Shown here: positions 48,742 through 60,908 of the stretch, in pieces
Layout: each line of letters starts with the position of its first letter
How positions within the stretch are numbered: the first letter of the stretch is position 1
Assembly (NCBI RefSeq): GCF_018977255.1
Contig: NW_024704743.1
Span: forward strand, 106,084,001-106,148,000
Length of the DNA stretch: 64,000 nt
Direction: 5' to 3'
DNA from: Callorhinchus milii
Lineage: Eukaryota
Translations under genes and position numbers: made by a program
Notes under the pieces: model-generated
Seen by the model: only the letters and a program-made list of their open reading frames with translations
Told to the model about the DNA's origin: nothing
Database searches by the model: none

Positions 48742-49258
48742 AGCCTGGCTCAGGTGGTAGCACTCTTGCCTCTGAATCAGGAAGTTGTGGGTTCATGGCC
48801 CATTATGGGATTTTAAACGCATATATTACAAGCTAACACATCAATACAGTCCCAGAGATTTGCTGCATTGTTGGACATACCATCCTGCAAATGACACATT
48901 AACATAAGTGCTGTCTGTCTGTTCAAGGAGATGGTAAACATCCCATGGCACTTTTCGAAAAGAGAAGGAAGTCTCTCCCAGGGTCCTGTCAACGATCTAT
49001 CTGCCAAATAAAATTTGTCAGAATTGGACATGGCTGTTTGTGGGTCATTGTTGTACACAGATTTGCTGTCAAGTTTCACCTACAAAATATACACAGTCAC
49101 TAAATTTACAGTAAATCCTTTAAAACGCTTTGAGATATCTTCTCAATATACCCCGCATTTCGCCAACAAAACAGATACAGCTATATCACTTTATCCTGTC
49201 AAGTGCTTTGAGACATCTCAATTTTGAGATAAGATGTTATATCAAATGCAAGGATTAT
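48742..49258 (+). mobile_element. Near full-length DeuSINE/SacSINE1-like SINE
   Basis: TGGCTCAGGTGGTAGCACTCTTGCCTCTGAATCAG head, GGTTCATGGCCC B-box-like, central core, L2-type tail (partly duplicated). Confidence 0.8.
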
Positions 49259-49624
49259 ATTTTTTTTCTAACATGAAAGGCACTGTATCAAATGTAAGAA
49301 TTACTGTTAACATGCCATTTATGATGCTGCACACTGTCTGATGTGATTTTCAAAGGTGGAGTCCCTTCAAATCTTGTTAAGAATCAAAACATCATTCATT
49401 AGAAGAATATTTTACAATTTCTTGGCTCAAAATGTACATATTTTAGTTATACTTTTCTGAATTTATCTTTATTCATCTCAGTTAAAATTATTTTACCTGT
49501 TGCAGTTACTTTTTCGATGGGCTATGAATTAGAAATAAGAAAACGTTAAACATGGAATAGCTTGTGCAGAATTGTTTCTCTTGGTTGTCCTATAGATTTG
49601 ATTTGTCCTTCTTAATTTTACTAG

Positions 49625-49790
49625 GAAGTTCAACATCATTGTGGAAACAGCCGAAGATTCTAACAGTCCAAAAACAACTGAAACAACTCTTGAGGTGTAT
49701 GGTTCAAAGGGAAAAAGTGAACAATTAATTATTTATCCAAGAAATGTGGAAGATCCCATTCAGTCTAAAGAAAAGTTTGATGAATTTCCT
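49625..49790 (+). CDS. rp1: Exon 30: PLAT F start (KFNIIVETAEDSNSPKTTETTLEVYGSKGKSEQLIIYPRNVEDPIQSKEKFDEFP)
   Basis: ttttactag|G AAG...CCT|gtaaga; phase 2 to 0; YGSKGKS motif. Confidence 0.85.
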
Positions 49791-50384
49791 GTAAGATGTG
49801 AAAGATGTTCAGTTTGACTCTACAATACTGTGCATAAGGCGATATATGTAATCCATCAATCAGATATTGACTTTATGTGTTAAGAACTGAGGCTCTTATA
49901 TGGTGCTTTGAATTCCTCAGAATTACTTGTAGTTTGTTTTCTGTTTTGAATACAAGCTGTTCAGTTAGATTATATATTACTTGCAAGCTACTTAAGAAAG
50001 AGCAGAAATAATTTGTCTACTCCACACACCATAGGATTGTGACCACCTGGATATAAACTATTTGGTAACAATTAATCTTAACAAATTCCAGTACCCTATG
50101 TTGTACCATATGTCCTTGCAGATTCAGCCAATGTTCAAAGCTTTCCTCACTGATCACATTTTCGATCACTGGCAGTATTTCTGTTTACCAAAAAAAAATG
50201 AGTACAACACTAATGTAGTCCTTCTTGATAAGAAATAAGGGTGCTTTACCTCAAATCATAAAAGAAACATAGAGGGTTAAATGGTATGAGGTAGAGGCAC
50301 AGGAGGTTTTTAAAGGAGACTCTCCATGAAATTGCCAACAATTCAGATTCACATGGACTTAATCCTACGCTGTGAGGAGGATGT

Positions 50385-50815
50385 TATATCCACGGGGTGG
50401 GGGGGAAGGAGGAGTTGGTTGTTGGTACAATCGAAGAGGTAGATTTGGAGTTGGGACTTGAGGACAGATGGCGAGGGAATCGATCACAGAGGTAGAAGGA
50501 AGGAGTTGCAGAAGCTCTGGGTGTAGAATCTGAAAGCTTGGACACCAATGGTGGCATGGATAGGGGAAAGGGGAGGGGGATGTGCAGCAAGCCCAAGTTA
50601 GCTGAGCAGAGGGGGCAAGCAGAGGAGTGAGATAGGAAGAGATCAGAGAGATAGGGAAGTGCTAGTGCCTGAAGGGATTTCTAAGACTGGACGAGGACAT
50701 CAAAATCGATCTGCTGGGAATCAGGGAGACCATGGAGCCTTACGAGGACTGGAGTGAAAGGCATGTGGGGTTCAGTTCAGGTGAGGATGTGGGCAGCGGA
50801 GTCCCAGATAAGTTG
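50385..50815 (-). mobile_element. Degraded L2 3' fragment
   Basis: Purine-rich + strand; minus strand LHGL..P.QIDF remnant. Confidence 0.65.
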
Positions 50816-51056
50816 GTATTTAAAAAGTAAAAAGCAGAACAGAAGGTGAATTGTGAAGGGGTTTAAATTATTTATAACAATTATAATAATCCTTGTATTT
50901 GTTATGCAAGTCAGGATTATTATATTTGTAAATATTCGTGCTTTTCAGTTCTGCACATCCACACAAATGGCATCTGCAAACATATCCAGTATATCAGGCT
51001 TTCAGCAACGCTTTGTTCTAATTGATAACCTTCTGCTCGGTGTCATTTATCTTTAG

Positions 51057-51279
51057 CTTTTCTTTGAAGATGTGGGAGATATTTATAAGATTCGCATCAA
51101 CTACAATACCCTGGGGAAAGGCTTTGAGAAGTGGCATTTGATGTCCATCGTTTTAAAAGACCTACATGTAGACAAGACTCTGCTCTTTGACTGTGACACC
51201 TGGCTGTCTACTACCTCCGAAGACAGACAGCTGATTAAAGAATTCCCCCTGACAGTCGATGGAAAGGCAATATTACCTG
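51057..51279 (+). CDS. rp1: Exon 31: PLAT F end (LFFEDVGDIYKIRINYNTLGKGFEKWHLMSIVLKD...WLSTTSEDRQLIKEFPLTVDGKAILP)
   Basis: atctttag|CTT...CCTG|gtagga; phase 0 to 1. Confidence 0.93.
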
Positions 51280-52399
51280 GTAGGAATAGTAATCACTTCA
51301 GAAACGGGCTGTGAGCGCTTAAAACTGATTTGAATTATTCGCAAACACAAACAAATCCTCAGTTTATTTACCTCAATTATTTTAAATAAACAGTCATTGA
51401 ACTGAGTCGTATTATCTAAACATGTTGGGCTGTGATATTTGTGTTTTAATTTTCCATTTTACTCTTTATGCTTTTTTTTGCTATTCTAACTATGAATGTA
51501 ATAATAGTGGTCAATGCACTTTAAAATTTTAAAGCAGGATTGTTTTCCATCCCTAATTTTAGGGCACCTTATTTTCTTATGCCTGATATGTCTACTCATC
51601 TACTCATGCCCCACATTATTCCCCTGGTAAAAGGTCAGAAAAATGACCCTCTCATAGGTTTCCAGTGATGTTTTTATGATCTCAGCACCAACAAAAGTTT
51701 TCCAAAGTGACTTGCTTCTTGTTTCTAACCCATTCCCCATCTGCTTAGCCTCTGCTCTGTACCTCCCCATGATACCACAGCCAAGATCAGGAATTTCAAT
51801 GAACAGAATCAGAAGGGTATGGATTCAAGGCCCAAGTCGGGACTTTGAACTCTCTTATTGTCCAGGTTGACATTCTAGTGCTGTGCTGGGGGAGTGCTGC
51901 ATTGTCAGAGGTGCCATCCTTCGGATGAAACATTAAGCTGAGGTCTCATTATGTCTGTTTGTTCAGGTGGATATTAGGTTTACAATACTGTAATTACTAT
52001 TAAGTGTAGTGACTGCGTGTTTATAGGTGAATGTGGCAGCTAATTTGTATATAGTAATGCCGCAGGGGTGAACACTCAAATTAAGGGAGAGATTAGAATT
52101 TTTTTGTAATACTTATAGGGTTATTAGGCCGAAAGACCTCCTTGTGTGCTATGTAATTCTAAGATTCAATTTAATTTAATTCCATTTTTTCCTGAAACTA
52201 TACCAATGCAGTCCTCAGAGATTCACAGGAAATAAAATTTGGATTCCATTTTCTGGCAAGGTTCCTTTCTAATTTACTCCTTGAGATAATCTGTTGCAAA
52301 ATGTAACGTCTGCTCGGATATAGTTTCAATCAGAACTGTCGGCTGGAACTCTTTTTGCTGTGATGTTCTTATGTGATTTTATTTTTTTCTATATTTCAG

Positions 52400-52557
52400 T
52401 CAATGATTACTTTGTTTCCGTGCACATCGGTGACTGCTGGGGAGCAGAAACCTTTGCTAATGTTTTTGCAACACTGTATGGAGAGCGAGGAGACTCTGGA
52501 AGAAGGAATCTAACATCTCCAACCTTATTCAGTAGAAACAAGTTTCAACAAGGCGAG
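52400..52557 (+). CDS. rp1: Exon 32: PLAT G start (VNDYFVSVHIGDCWGAETFANVFATLYGERGDSGRRNLTSPTLFSRNKFQQGE)
   Basis: atttcag|TC...GAG|gtacat; phase 1 to 0. Confidence 0.94.
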
Positions 52558-52833
52558 GTACATTGATTGAACAGAAAAATCAATATGTTGGAAATGGAAA
52601 ATGCAATGTGAATACTTCTTTCCCTGCATTTTTGGTCACCTTCCCCTCCCCACTCTTTGGCTCCTCAGCTCCCACCCCCGACTCAGGTACCAAGCCAGGA
52701 CTGTTAAGTGCTGTGGGACATCTTCCTGACTTGAAAAGCGTTATATAAATGAAAATTTATATTGTAGTGAATCAAAAAGAAGTATAGTGCTCAAGGTTAC
52801 TTCTGCTTAGAATATTTACGTTCCAACTTGTAG

Positions 52834-53046
52834 GTTGACACATTCATGGTGGAAGCGGTATCTCTGAGCAAATTGACAAAGATGATCGTGGGTCACGATG
52901 GAAAGGGATACGGGGCTGGCATGTACCTAAAGATGATTACAGTAAAGGAAGGCGAGGATTCAGAAAAAGAGTGGGTGTTCCCATGCTGGAAGTGGCTGGA
53001 TGACCACATTGGTGATAAAAAAATTCTCGCCAGCTGACATTGTTAG
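52834..53046 (+). CDS. rp1: Exon 33: PLAT G end (VDTFMVEAVSLSKLTKMIVGHDGKGYGAGMYLKMITVKE...FPCWKWLDDHIGDKK), with an apparent 1-nt deletion near its end
   Basis: ttgtag|GTT...TTAG|gtaaac; as written it hits TGA at 53035; one more A in 53017-53023 gives NSRQLTLL and the phase 1 end required by exon 34. Confidence 0.88.
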
Positions 53047-53702
53047 GTAAACTGTGCATTTGTGTTGTTATTATTCAGCACCTTGCGACATCCTCCCAAT
53101 GTGAAAGGGGCTGTGCAAATGTAATTTTGTATGTATTATTCCAAAGTATAAGCTCAGCAACTCCATGACTTCAAACCTGCACTTAATTCACTTACACGTT
53201 CATGAAGGTTGCTGCAATTAACATAAAAGATCACTCAATATGCAGAGATTTTTTTCTTCAACCCCAACTGGTTATGAGTTCCACAATCACAAGCAATGTA
53301 AGGAAAGTTTCAATGACTGCTTTGGAGACCAAGAAAAGAGATGGTCAGAGAGTGGAGCAGCATTGTTTTGGCTTCTGAGGAATATGAGGAGCTCATTTTT
53401 TGATGGTGTGCAGTCATGTTTATACTTTGGAAACCTGTTGATACTCAGTGAGCAGCATGAGCCTGCCAATATTCATATGTTATGCACCACAATATTTATA
53501 GTCTATTGCAGTTACTTAGATAAAATTGAGTTAGAGATTTTTGAGGGGTCACTCTCCACCCTGTTGATCATAATAAGAATATGCTATTACTAAGCAAGCA
53601 ACATTACCTTACTTGTCTTTTTGACTGTGGTTTAACCTAAAGTACCCTTTCTAATAGTGCCTAATTCAACCCTTCAGTCCATATCTTTAAGATTGCGATT
53701 GT

Positions 53703-54060
53703 GGTCTTTAAGATTCTGAAGGGACTAGATAATGTAGACCATGATAAGCTGTTTTATCTTGTACTGAACAGCAGAACCAAAGGACATGGCCTGCGATTGA
53801 AGGGGGGTAAATTCAGAACAAATCTGCGGGAACCCTATTTCAGTGACTGAGTAGTAAACTTATGAAACAACCTCCCTAGAGAGACAGTGGAGGCAGAAAA
53901 TGTCATTTGTTTCAAGAACAAATTAAATAGATTTCTCCTAGAAAATAATATCCCAGGATACATTATATAGTTTGGGACATGACATGTCAAGTGACTACCA
54001 GGATGGTGGAAGATGAACTAGATGGACCTTGTTGTTCTTTCGCCTAACAAATTTTTATGT
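53703..54060 (+). mobile_element. CR1 3' fragment
   Basis: VFKILKGLDNVD...FKNKLNRFL; reverse-complement match to 25650-26020. Confidence 0.85.
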
Positions 54061-54612
54061 CCTGGGAATATTTAACATCTCAATAGAGCATAAAAAATAG
54101 TTTTACCTATAAAATACAGTCAGTATACTTTACAATATATCCTTTGAAGTACTTTGAGCCATCCTCCCAACATGAAAGGTGTTATGTCAAAAGCAAGCGT
54201 CATTCTAGAGCTTATGAGATAGTTTCAACTTGAAGGGTGAGTAGGAGCCAAAGGGAGAGAGAGAGTTCACAGAAATTGAACTAAAATGGAAGCAGGTTAA
54301 AAGGGATTGCTTATATTTCACTAATAACAAAAATCTAATGGGAACACAAAACACGAGGAATAATAAAACAGATTCAGCTTAGAACAAGAGTCAGCAGTCT
54401 GATACAATGTACACTTAATGATAATGATGATGATAATAATAATAACCCTTGCATTTGATATAGCGCCTTATCACAAGTTGAAACATCTCAAAGTGCATCG
54501 TACGATTTTACTATAAAAATTTTACTATTTGACAGCTGGATCCGATATACGCTTACATATGTTGTTCCTTAGGAGGAAAACTGTGGTCATTTTAATGTGA
54601 ATGTGCCTGCAG

Positions 54613-54797
54613 GTGAAAGGCTGGTTTCCATTTCCGACATCAGAGAAGACGAGAAATCGGGTGTATGGCAAGTGAACATCAAAGGCTCCCAAGTGTTAAT
54701 CGAGGGAGATCCTATTGAGTTAATAATCATTATTTATGGAATAGGTGGCCAAAAGAAGTTAATTGCTCCGATTGTGCAACCAACTTCACAAATTATG
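54613..54797 (+). CDS. rp1: Exon 34: PLAT H start (GERLVSISDIREDEKSGVWQVNIKGSQV...IIIIYGIGGQKKLIAPIVQPTSQIM)
   Basis: cctgcag|GT...ATG|gtaaaa; phase 1 to 0. Confidence 0.88.
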
Positions 54798-54909
54798 GTA
54801 AAATAATTATTTTCTTTCCAATTGATAAGAAATGTATTTGCTTCTGTTGTTCAATCTTAACACAAGATGAGCGTGAGGAGATTTGAATTGTTCTCCATTT
54901 ACATCTTAG

Positions 54910-55126
54910 GCTGAATTGGGAGCATTGGGGATGATTTCCAAGATCCATGTCAGTCCTGAACCCAATACCTTGAGGCAGCCTTGGAGACTAGATTCTATTA
55001 TTATGAAGCATGTTGGCAGCAATGAGGAGCTATGGTTTGACTTTCATTTGTGGCTGAGACATGATGGCAATCAACATCAGTTCAAGGAACTCCCTGCCCT
55101 GCATCCTATCATCGATCCTTTGCCTG
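54910..55126 (+). CDS. rp1: Exon 35: PLAT H end (AELGALGMISKIHVSPEPNTLRQPWRLDSIIMKHVGSNEELWFDFHLWLRHDGNQHQFKELPALHPIIDPLP)
   Basis: atcttag|GCT...CCTG|gtaagt; phase 0 to 1. Confidence 0.92.
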
Positions 55127-55756
55127 GTAAGTAAGGACCCTGGCTTATCATACCATAACATTGTAAATAGGATTATCATTTTCATGGGATTTAAGTGGTA
55201 CAATTCTACTATGTTCATTTTATCAGTCAGTAACAGTGTTCAATGTAAGTCCACTATAAACTCCCACCATTACTGTTTCTGTATTAGCATTGTTACTCAT
55301 CCACAGTCATTACCTGGTACTGAGTTGTGCTACTTTTCTAGACTGCCAGTGGGGATTAATTTAATTCCATGTGACAATTGCTGACCATTGAAAGTGACCC
55401 TAAATATTAAGGTCCTTTATTTAAGTGCATAGATATGTTAAGTGCATAGATATGTAATGTGGCAGAGAAATTATACCTGATTTCTCACAGAAAACAGAAT
55501 GTTTCCTATTCTATTTTTGCATCAACCAAGTGACCTGAATAGAGAACAGTTACAAATGAGTTCTCTCTGGCTTTCTGAGTGATTATGCATGCATCTTAAA
55601 GCTCCCACATACCAACATTTGTTTTTTCATTGTTCATTTCAAAGCAGTTTTGGAGCTGAAGGATTTTTCAGTTTTAGAACTTCAGTAAACTATTGTAATT
55701 TCAGAAGAAGTCTTGGGCATTCTCCTTCATTTATTCAGCCTCCATGTTCAATAGAA

Positions 55757-56177
55757 CAACAATAATAATCCTTACATTTGATGTAGTGCCTTTCACATTT
55801 AGTGAAGGTCTCAAAACACTTCATAGGATATATTTTGTGTGGTGACTATGTATATTGTTGGGAAATGCAGTAGCCAATTTATGCACAGCAAAACAGCCAT
55901 AAAGTGAATAATCAATTTTATCGTTGGCCAGGATGCTGGGAGAAACTGTTCTCTTTTCGAATAGTGCTATGGGATCTTTAACATCCACATGAACAAGCAG
56001 ACGGGGCCCCGGTTTAACATCTAATCCAAAGTTAGGCACCTTAAACAAAGCAGCACAGCCCCATCATTGCACTGGAATGTCAGCCTAGACCATATGGGTT
56101 CAAAGTTACAACATGGGAATTAAACCCACAACCTTCTGACTCGAGGGAAAAGATTGCTACCACCTGAGTCAGGCTCA
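55757..56177 (-). mobile_element. Full-length DeuSINE-like SINE
   Basis: Tail at left, GCAGACGGGGCCCCGGTTTAAC core, head at right. Confidence 0.82.
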
Positions 56178-56779
56178 CATCTAAAAGATTATAAAAGATA
56201 CATAAAACAGCATATTGTTGGCCAATACACAATTTATTGCCCTTTGTGGCTTAAGGATTGCCCACTATCAATCTCAGGTGGATCTGTTCAAGTTCCCTCG
56301 TCTTTTGCTCACGGTATGTAGCGAGATGTGAATGACAGGTATTCAACCTGCATAAATTCTTTTCTGACATTGTACGACTTTCAAAAGTTTAAAGCCTGCT
56401 GTAAATTCAACAGAAGGGTTCACTGTGACCGTCTGTGTTTGCTGGAAAGCTGCTGTACTGTCAAGAATTCCCCAGAGCACTCTGGTTCTTTTTCTTTGAC
56501 ATAGATCACTTCTCGCTCTAGGGGGAAGAATCTGGTTGAGATAGAAAGTGGGGTTAATTTACAAGCTGCATGCCATTTCTCAGGTTAATGCCATAAGCCA
56601 GTCATGGAGACTAAATTCTATCATTGTGAAATATTTGCAGTCCAGAGGGACTCTTGGAAAGCTGTGATGGTGGGGCAACATTCCACACCAGGTATTTGCA
56701 CTGGAGAAATTGCTAAGGTTCTCCTCCATGACTAGTTACAAACTTGATTAACTTCATTAACATTTACGTGGCTTTGTGG

Positions 56780-57116
56780 TTCTCTCACCCTTAAAGCCCT
56801 TCATGGGCTTGCTCCTCCCTACCTCTGCGACCTATTAAAACTTCACCAATTTGTCCACTCACTTACCTGCTCCACATCCCTCTCCCTGCCTGCTCCTCTA
56901 TCAGCAGCCAAGCCTTCAACCTTTCTGCCCCCTCCTCTACCTCCTTTAAGGCCCATCTCAGGATCTTCTTTTTCAACTGTGCATTTGGTCATTCCCCTGA
57001 CCTCCACCCCTTCTGATCCCAACCCCTAGCTTGGGTGAAAACCCTTCATTATCCAGCACTTTGGGACATCCTCCCAAAGTGAAAGGCGCTATATAAAATG
57101 CAATTTGTTGTTGTTG
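56780..57116 (+). mobile_element. L2 3' fragment
   Basis: LKALHGLAPPYLCDLL remnant; (GTT)n tail. Confidence 0.82.
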
Positions 57117-59804
57117 CTCTTGTTGTTTGTTCCACCCAACAACAAAACCAATTTATAGGGCATCCCATTTCTTATTTAAGGAACGCTTTTAGAAATACCA
57201 GCAGTTGGCAGTCCCTGGCGCCTCCCTCCCCCAAACCCCCACAAACTCCTTCCCCACAGTAAAGGGTTTTACAAAATCATGAGTGAGGTTCAGATTTTCA
57301 TATGGTCGGATGAGTCTCTGGCACACGCAGAAACCCATCACCATGGAAATATCCTGTGACTGGAATGGAATGCACACACTCTCATCCTGCTAACTTAATT
57401 GCGGAGGTGCCATCTTTCAGATAAAATATAAAACCAAGGCCCAATCTGCCTGTTCAGGTGTACATTAAAGATCTCACGTTTGAAAAGAGAAGGCACTTTG
57501 TCCCAGTGTCTTGGCCAACAATCACCCAGTTAAAATTCTTTATTCACTTCATGGCTGTTTGTAGGAAGTTACTGTGTGTAGGGGAACTGCCGAATTCACC
57601 CATAAATACAGTCACTACACTTTATAAGAAAATATTGTGAAAAGCTTTAAGTGATTTTGACAACGTGATAAGATGTTATGTAAAATAGAAGGATTATTAT
57701 TACTTTCTTAATTCAGGCTCTACTGCCTACAGTATATAAAAATAGAATTTGTAGCCCCAGGACACAAACAAAATGGCAGTCCTAGAACTCTGAGTAAAGC
57801 AAACCACGAACCTGGGGAGTGTCACCATCTGCTATATTTTTTTCTTAAATAAGGATCAGAATGGTGTTTGGGAATGCTGCAGTTTTTACCCCATAATTTC
57901 TTCGACTAACAGGTAATCAGGCTTATCACTGCCTTCAGACATTTTTTAAGACTGTAGAAAACTGGCTTCCAAATGAAGACCCCGGCCTTCTGAAAGAACT
58001 TTTTTTTAAAAAAAGGGGCTTAGAACCAGACAAAGGATTGAAGGAAGATCACCTGCAAATGATGTTATTGCAAAGCTGTACAATAATCGAATGGTGACAA
58101 ATTGTACTTGGATTTACATATTAAATTTCTGTCAAAAATGAGCGACTGTATCTACAGTAGCTAACTTGACATCTTTAGCTCCTTCTCTCTCTATTTCTAA
58201 TAGACCTTTTGGAACAATCAATTTGCAGTCTAATGGAGTGAAGTGTGAGATGCTATATGCAGCTCTTCTGACCCTTTCTGCTTAAATTTATGTTCAATCA
58301 TTCTTTGCGTTTTTCACTCATGCTTTTATTTTTGTTTCATGTTAAGTGGTTATGCAGATACAACAGAACATTTTGTAACAGTCTGTAGTAATATTTTGTA
58401 TCCCATAAGTGAGGGTTCAATTCATTTGAAACATTTGTAAATTTCATCCATTTTCTCACAAACTCCCTTGAGTCATCGCCATTTGAATTGCAAAAAAACG
58501 TAGCTAATCCTTCCTGAAGGCAGCCAGAAATGTGGATTGACCCAATGTAGTCTGTAATTGTGTTTTAGGATTTATATATAAAGAAAACATTTGGGAACAA
58601 AACAAGCATAAATAATTAAAAAATAGTGGGGCCCAAAATTGCAATGTCTGGTGTGTTAATTATCATCGATTATAATTATCACATCATGGATAAATAATTC
58701 AATGCCCTTCAAAAATAAGACTGAGCACCAGTCTTATTATCCAAGACTCCTTCATACATATGTCCTGAAGATTTCAGCAAGGCCTCCTTTGTGTGCTGGA
58801 ACATGGCATGTGCAATGAAGGAGCAACTATTTTAGAAACTATTTTGTCCTATAATGAAGGATGTTATAGCAGGGCTGCACTCTGTCCCATTCAGAAATAC
58901 TACAATGTAGATCCCATTATGTCATAAGGTACTGGAGTTTGAAGAGAGGGAGGACCTGTGCTGAATCTAAGAGCAGTAGCTGTGCAATGGAAACAAAGGC
59001 TAGGTCAGAAATTGGAAGAAGTGAACAGAAAGATAGACTCCAGCTTCCTTTTTATCCAAGTGTCATTGTTTTCCAGTTTGAACAAACTAGGCAACTTTAA
59101 TCCGCATTATAATTAGCATTTTATTGCCAACAGATACATAGTACACAGACGTAGACCGAATTCCTCATTTGCATATACCAATTAAGATGGTAAACAAAAT
59201 AACATGCAGAGTAATACGGTGCTCACAATTTTTTGTCTAGGAGAATCCAGAGAGTAAATATTCAGCCAACCATAAGCTGGTATAATTTGGGACATTTTTA
59301 GTTGGTTGGTTTTGTTTCGTATTATGTATTCCTTTAGGCTTCTTCAGTCTGTTTCTGCATCATGCTTCACAACGACAAATTTCACTGTTAGTAAAGCTCT
59401 TCCATTGCATGAATATTTTTTCCTGTCTCCAAGCAGAGCTGTATAAATTCTATGCATTGATCTCATTCAGAATGAAAGATTCCTGCTGATTATTTACTGT
59501 ACCACACATAACAACCATTTTACCATATACGTCCTAAGTCTCTTACAAATGGCCAAATCAGACCCCACAGCACCTAAGTGCACACAATCTTCTTTTGTTC
59601 AGTTTTGTTTCATTTATTTTGGAAGAAATTGCATAGGGAAAGAGGAAGAACTACCACTGAGGCTGCTTTTACCCACGTATTGCTGGATAGTTAAAGGATT
59701 AGAGTTAAAATGGTCTAGGAATGTCAGTAGATAGCTTGATCAACTTGTCAGTCACATAATCATATTTGGCATGTGGTGGATAAAAAAAATATTACCTTTG
59801 AACA

Positions 59805-60150
59805 ATAGCAACAACAACTTGCATTTATTTAGTGTACTTCAGGCAGGATAGCATCTCTGTCTTTTGCGCAAACACCGAGTCTGACGCTGAAGAAAGGAGG
59901 AGGGACCGAGGGGAGGTGACCGTAGGCACCATCTATGAGGCAGGATTTTAGATGGGAATTTAAGACAAATAGGGAGGGCGCCCCAGGGAAAAGAGATGGA
60001 AGGGTAGAGGATAGAGTTCTGGAGATTATAGGCATAGTTGCTAAAGGCTTGACCACTGACAACGAATCAGAGTGGGCAGACGACCACAGGCTGAATTTGT
60101 TAAGCGGAGGGGGCAAGCAGAGGAGCGGCATAGGAAAAGATCACAGAGAT
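59805..60150 (-). mobile_element. Degraded L2 3' end
   Basis: (CAA)n tail at left; similar to other L2 ends. Confidence 0.6.
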
Positions 60151-60344
60151 AGGAAAGTGCACGAAGACAGGTTCAGTAGTATTAATAGCATCCCATCATC
60201 TCGTAAGATAAATGCAAGGATTATTATTATTACTGGAGTTTAAAGAGTGGGAGGCCCTGTGGATGAATCTACGAGTGATTTGCCTCATGTAAAATCCTTC
60301 CATGGTACATTTACTCTCACCTCGTATAGTGTACTCGTATACTC

Positions 60345-60908
60345 TCACCTCTACCTTTCCTCCTCTACTCTCAACTCCACGACCACCGATGTCCTGACAG
60401 CCTGCCTGTCTGACATCGAGTCCTGGACGAGAGACAACTTTCTTCAGCTCAACGTGCGAAAAACCGAGGCCCTCCTGATTGGCTCACGTCAGAGCCTCCG
60501 CACCTCAGGCGCCGACACCATCAGCATCCAAGGCTGCACTCTCCACCTCTCAAAGCCAGTCAGGAACCTCGGTGTTTTGTTCGACCCTGAGCTGTCCTTT
60601 CTCCCTCACATCCGCACCACAACTGGCACCGCCTTCCATCACCTCCGGAACATCGCCAGACTACGCCATTACCTCACCCCTCACGCTGCTAAAACCCTGG
60701 TCCACGCCTTTGTCACCTCAAGGCTGGACTATGGGAGCCTTCAGCTCCCCTCTCGACTCTCTTCCCCCTCCTCGCTCCCTCCCTCCCTTCCCTCCCCTCA
60801 CCCTGACCATTTCCCCCCTGCTCGGGTCCTGACCCAACTGTGCAGCGCCTTGGGACGTCCTCCTGACGTGAAAGGCGCTTTATAAATGGAATCTTGTTGT
60901 TGTTGTTG
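60345..60908 (+). mobile_element. Young L2 fragment with an internal deletion
   Basis: CLSDIESWTRDNFLQLNVRKTE...VHAFVTSRLDYG joined directly to the 3' UTR; (GTT)n tail. Confidence 0.92.

Noticed and set aside
53016..53025. Programmed -1 ribosomal frameshift
   Set aside because: No in-frame X XXY YYZ heptamer and no evident downstream structure; a homopolymer error is simpler
53240..53593. 117-aa intronic ORF and other 60-150 aa ORFs in AT-rich introns
   Set aside because: No motifs or splice context; many use non-ATG starts; consistent with chance
57890..57989. Minus-strand first coding exon (MSEGSDKPDYLLVEEIM)
   Set aside because: Splice-like ends but no convincing downstream exon chain or homology
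60247..60885. 212-aa ORF
   Set aside because: L2 fragment with an internal deletion reading into the 3' UTR
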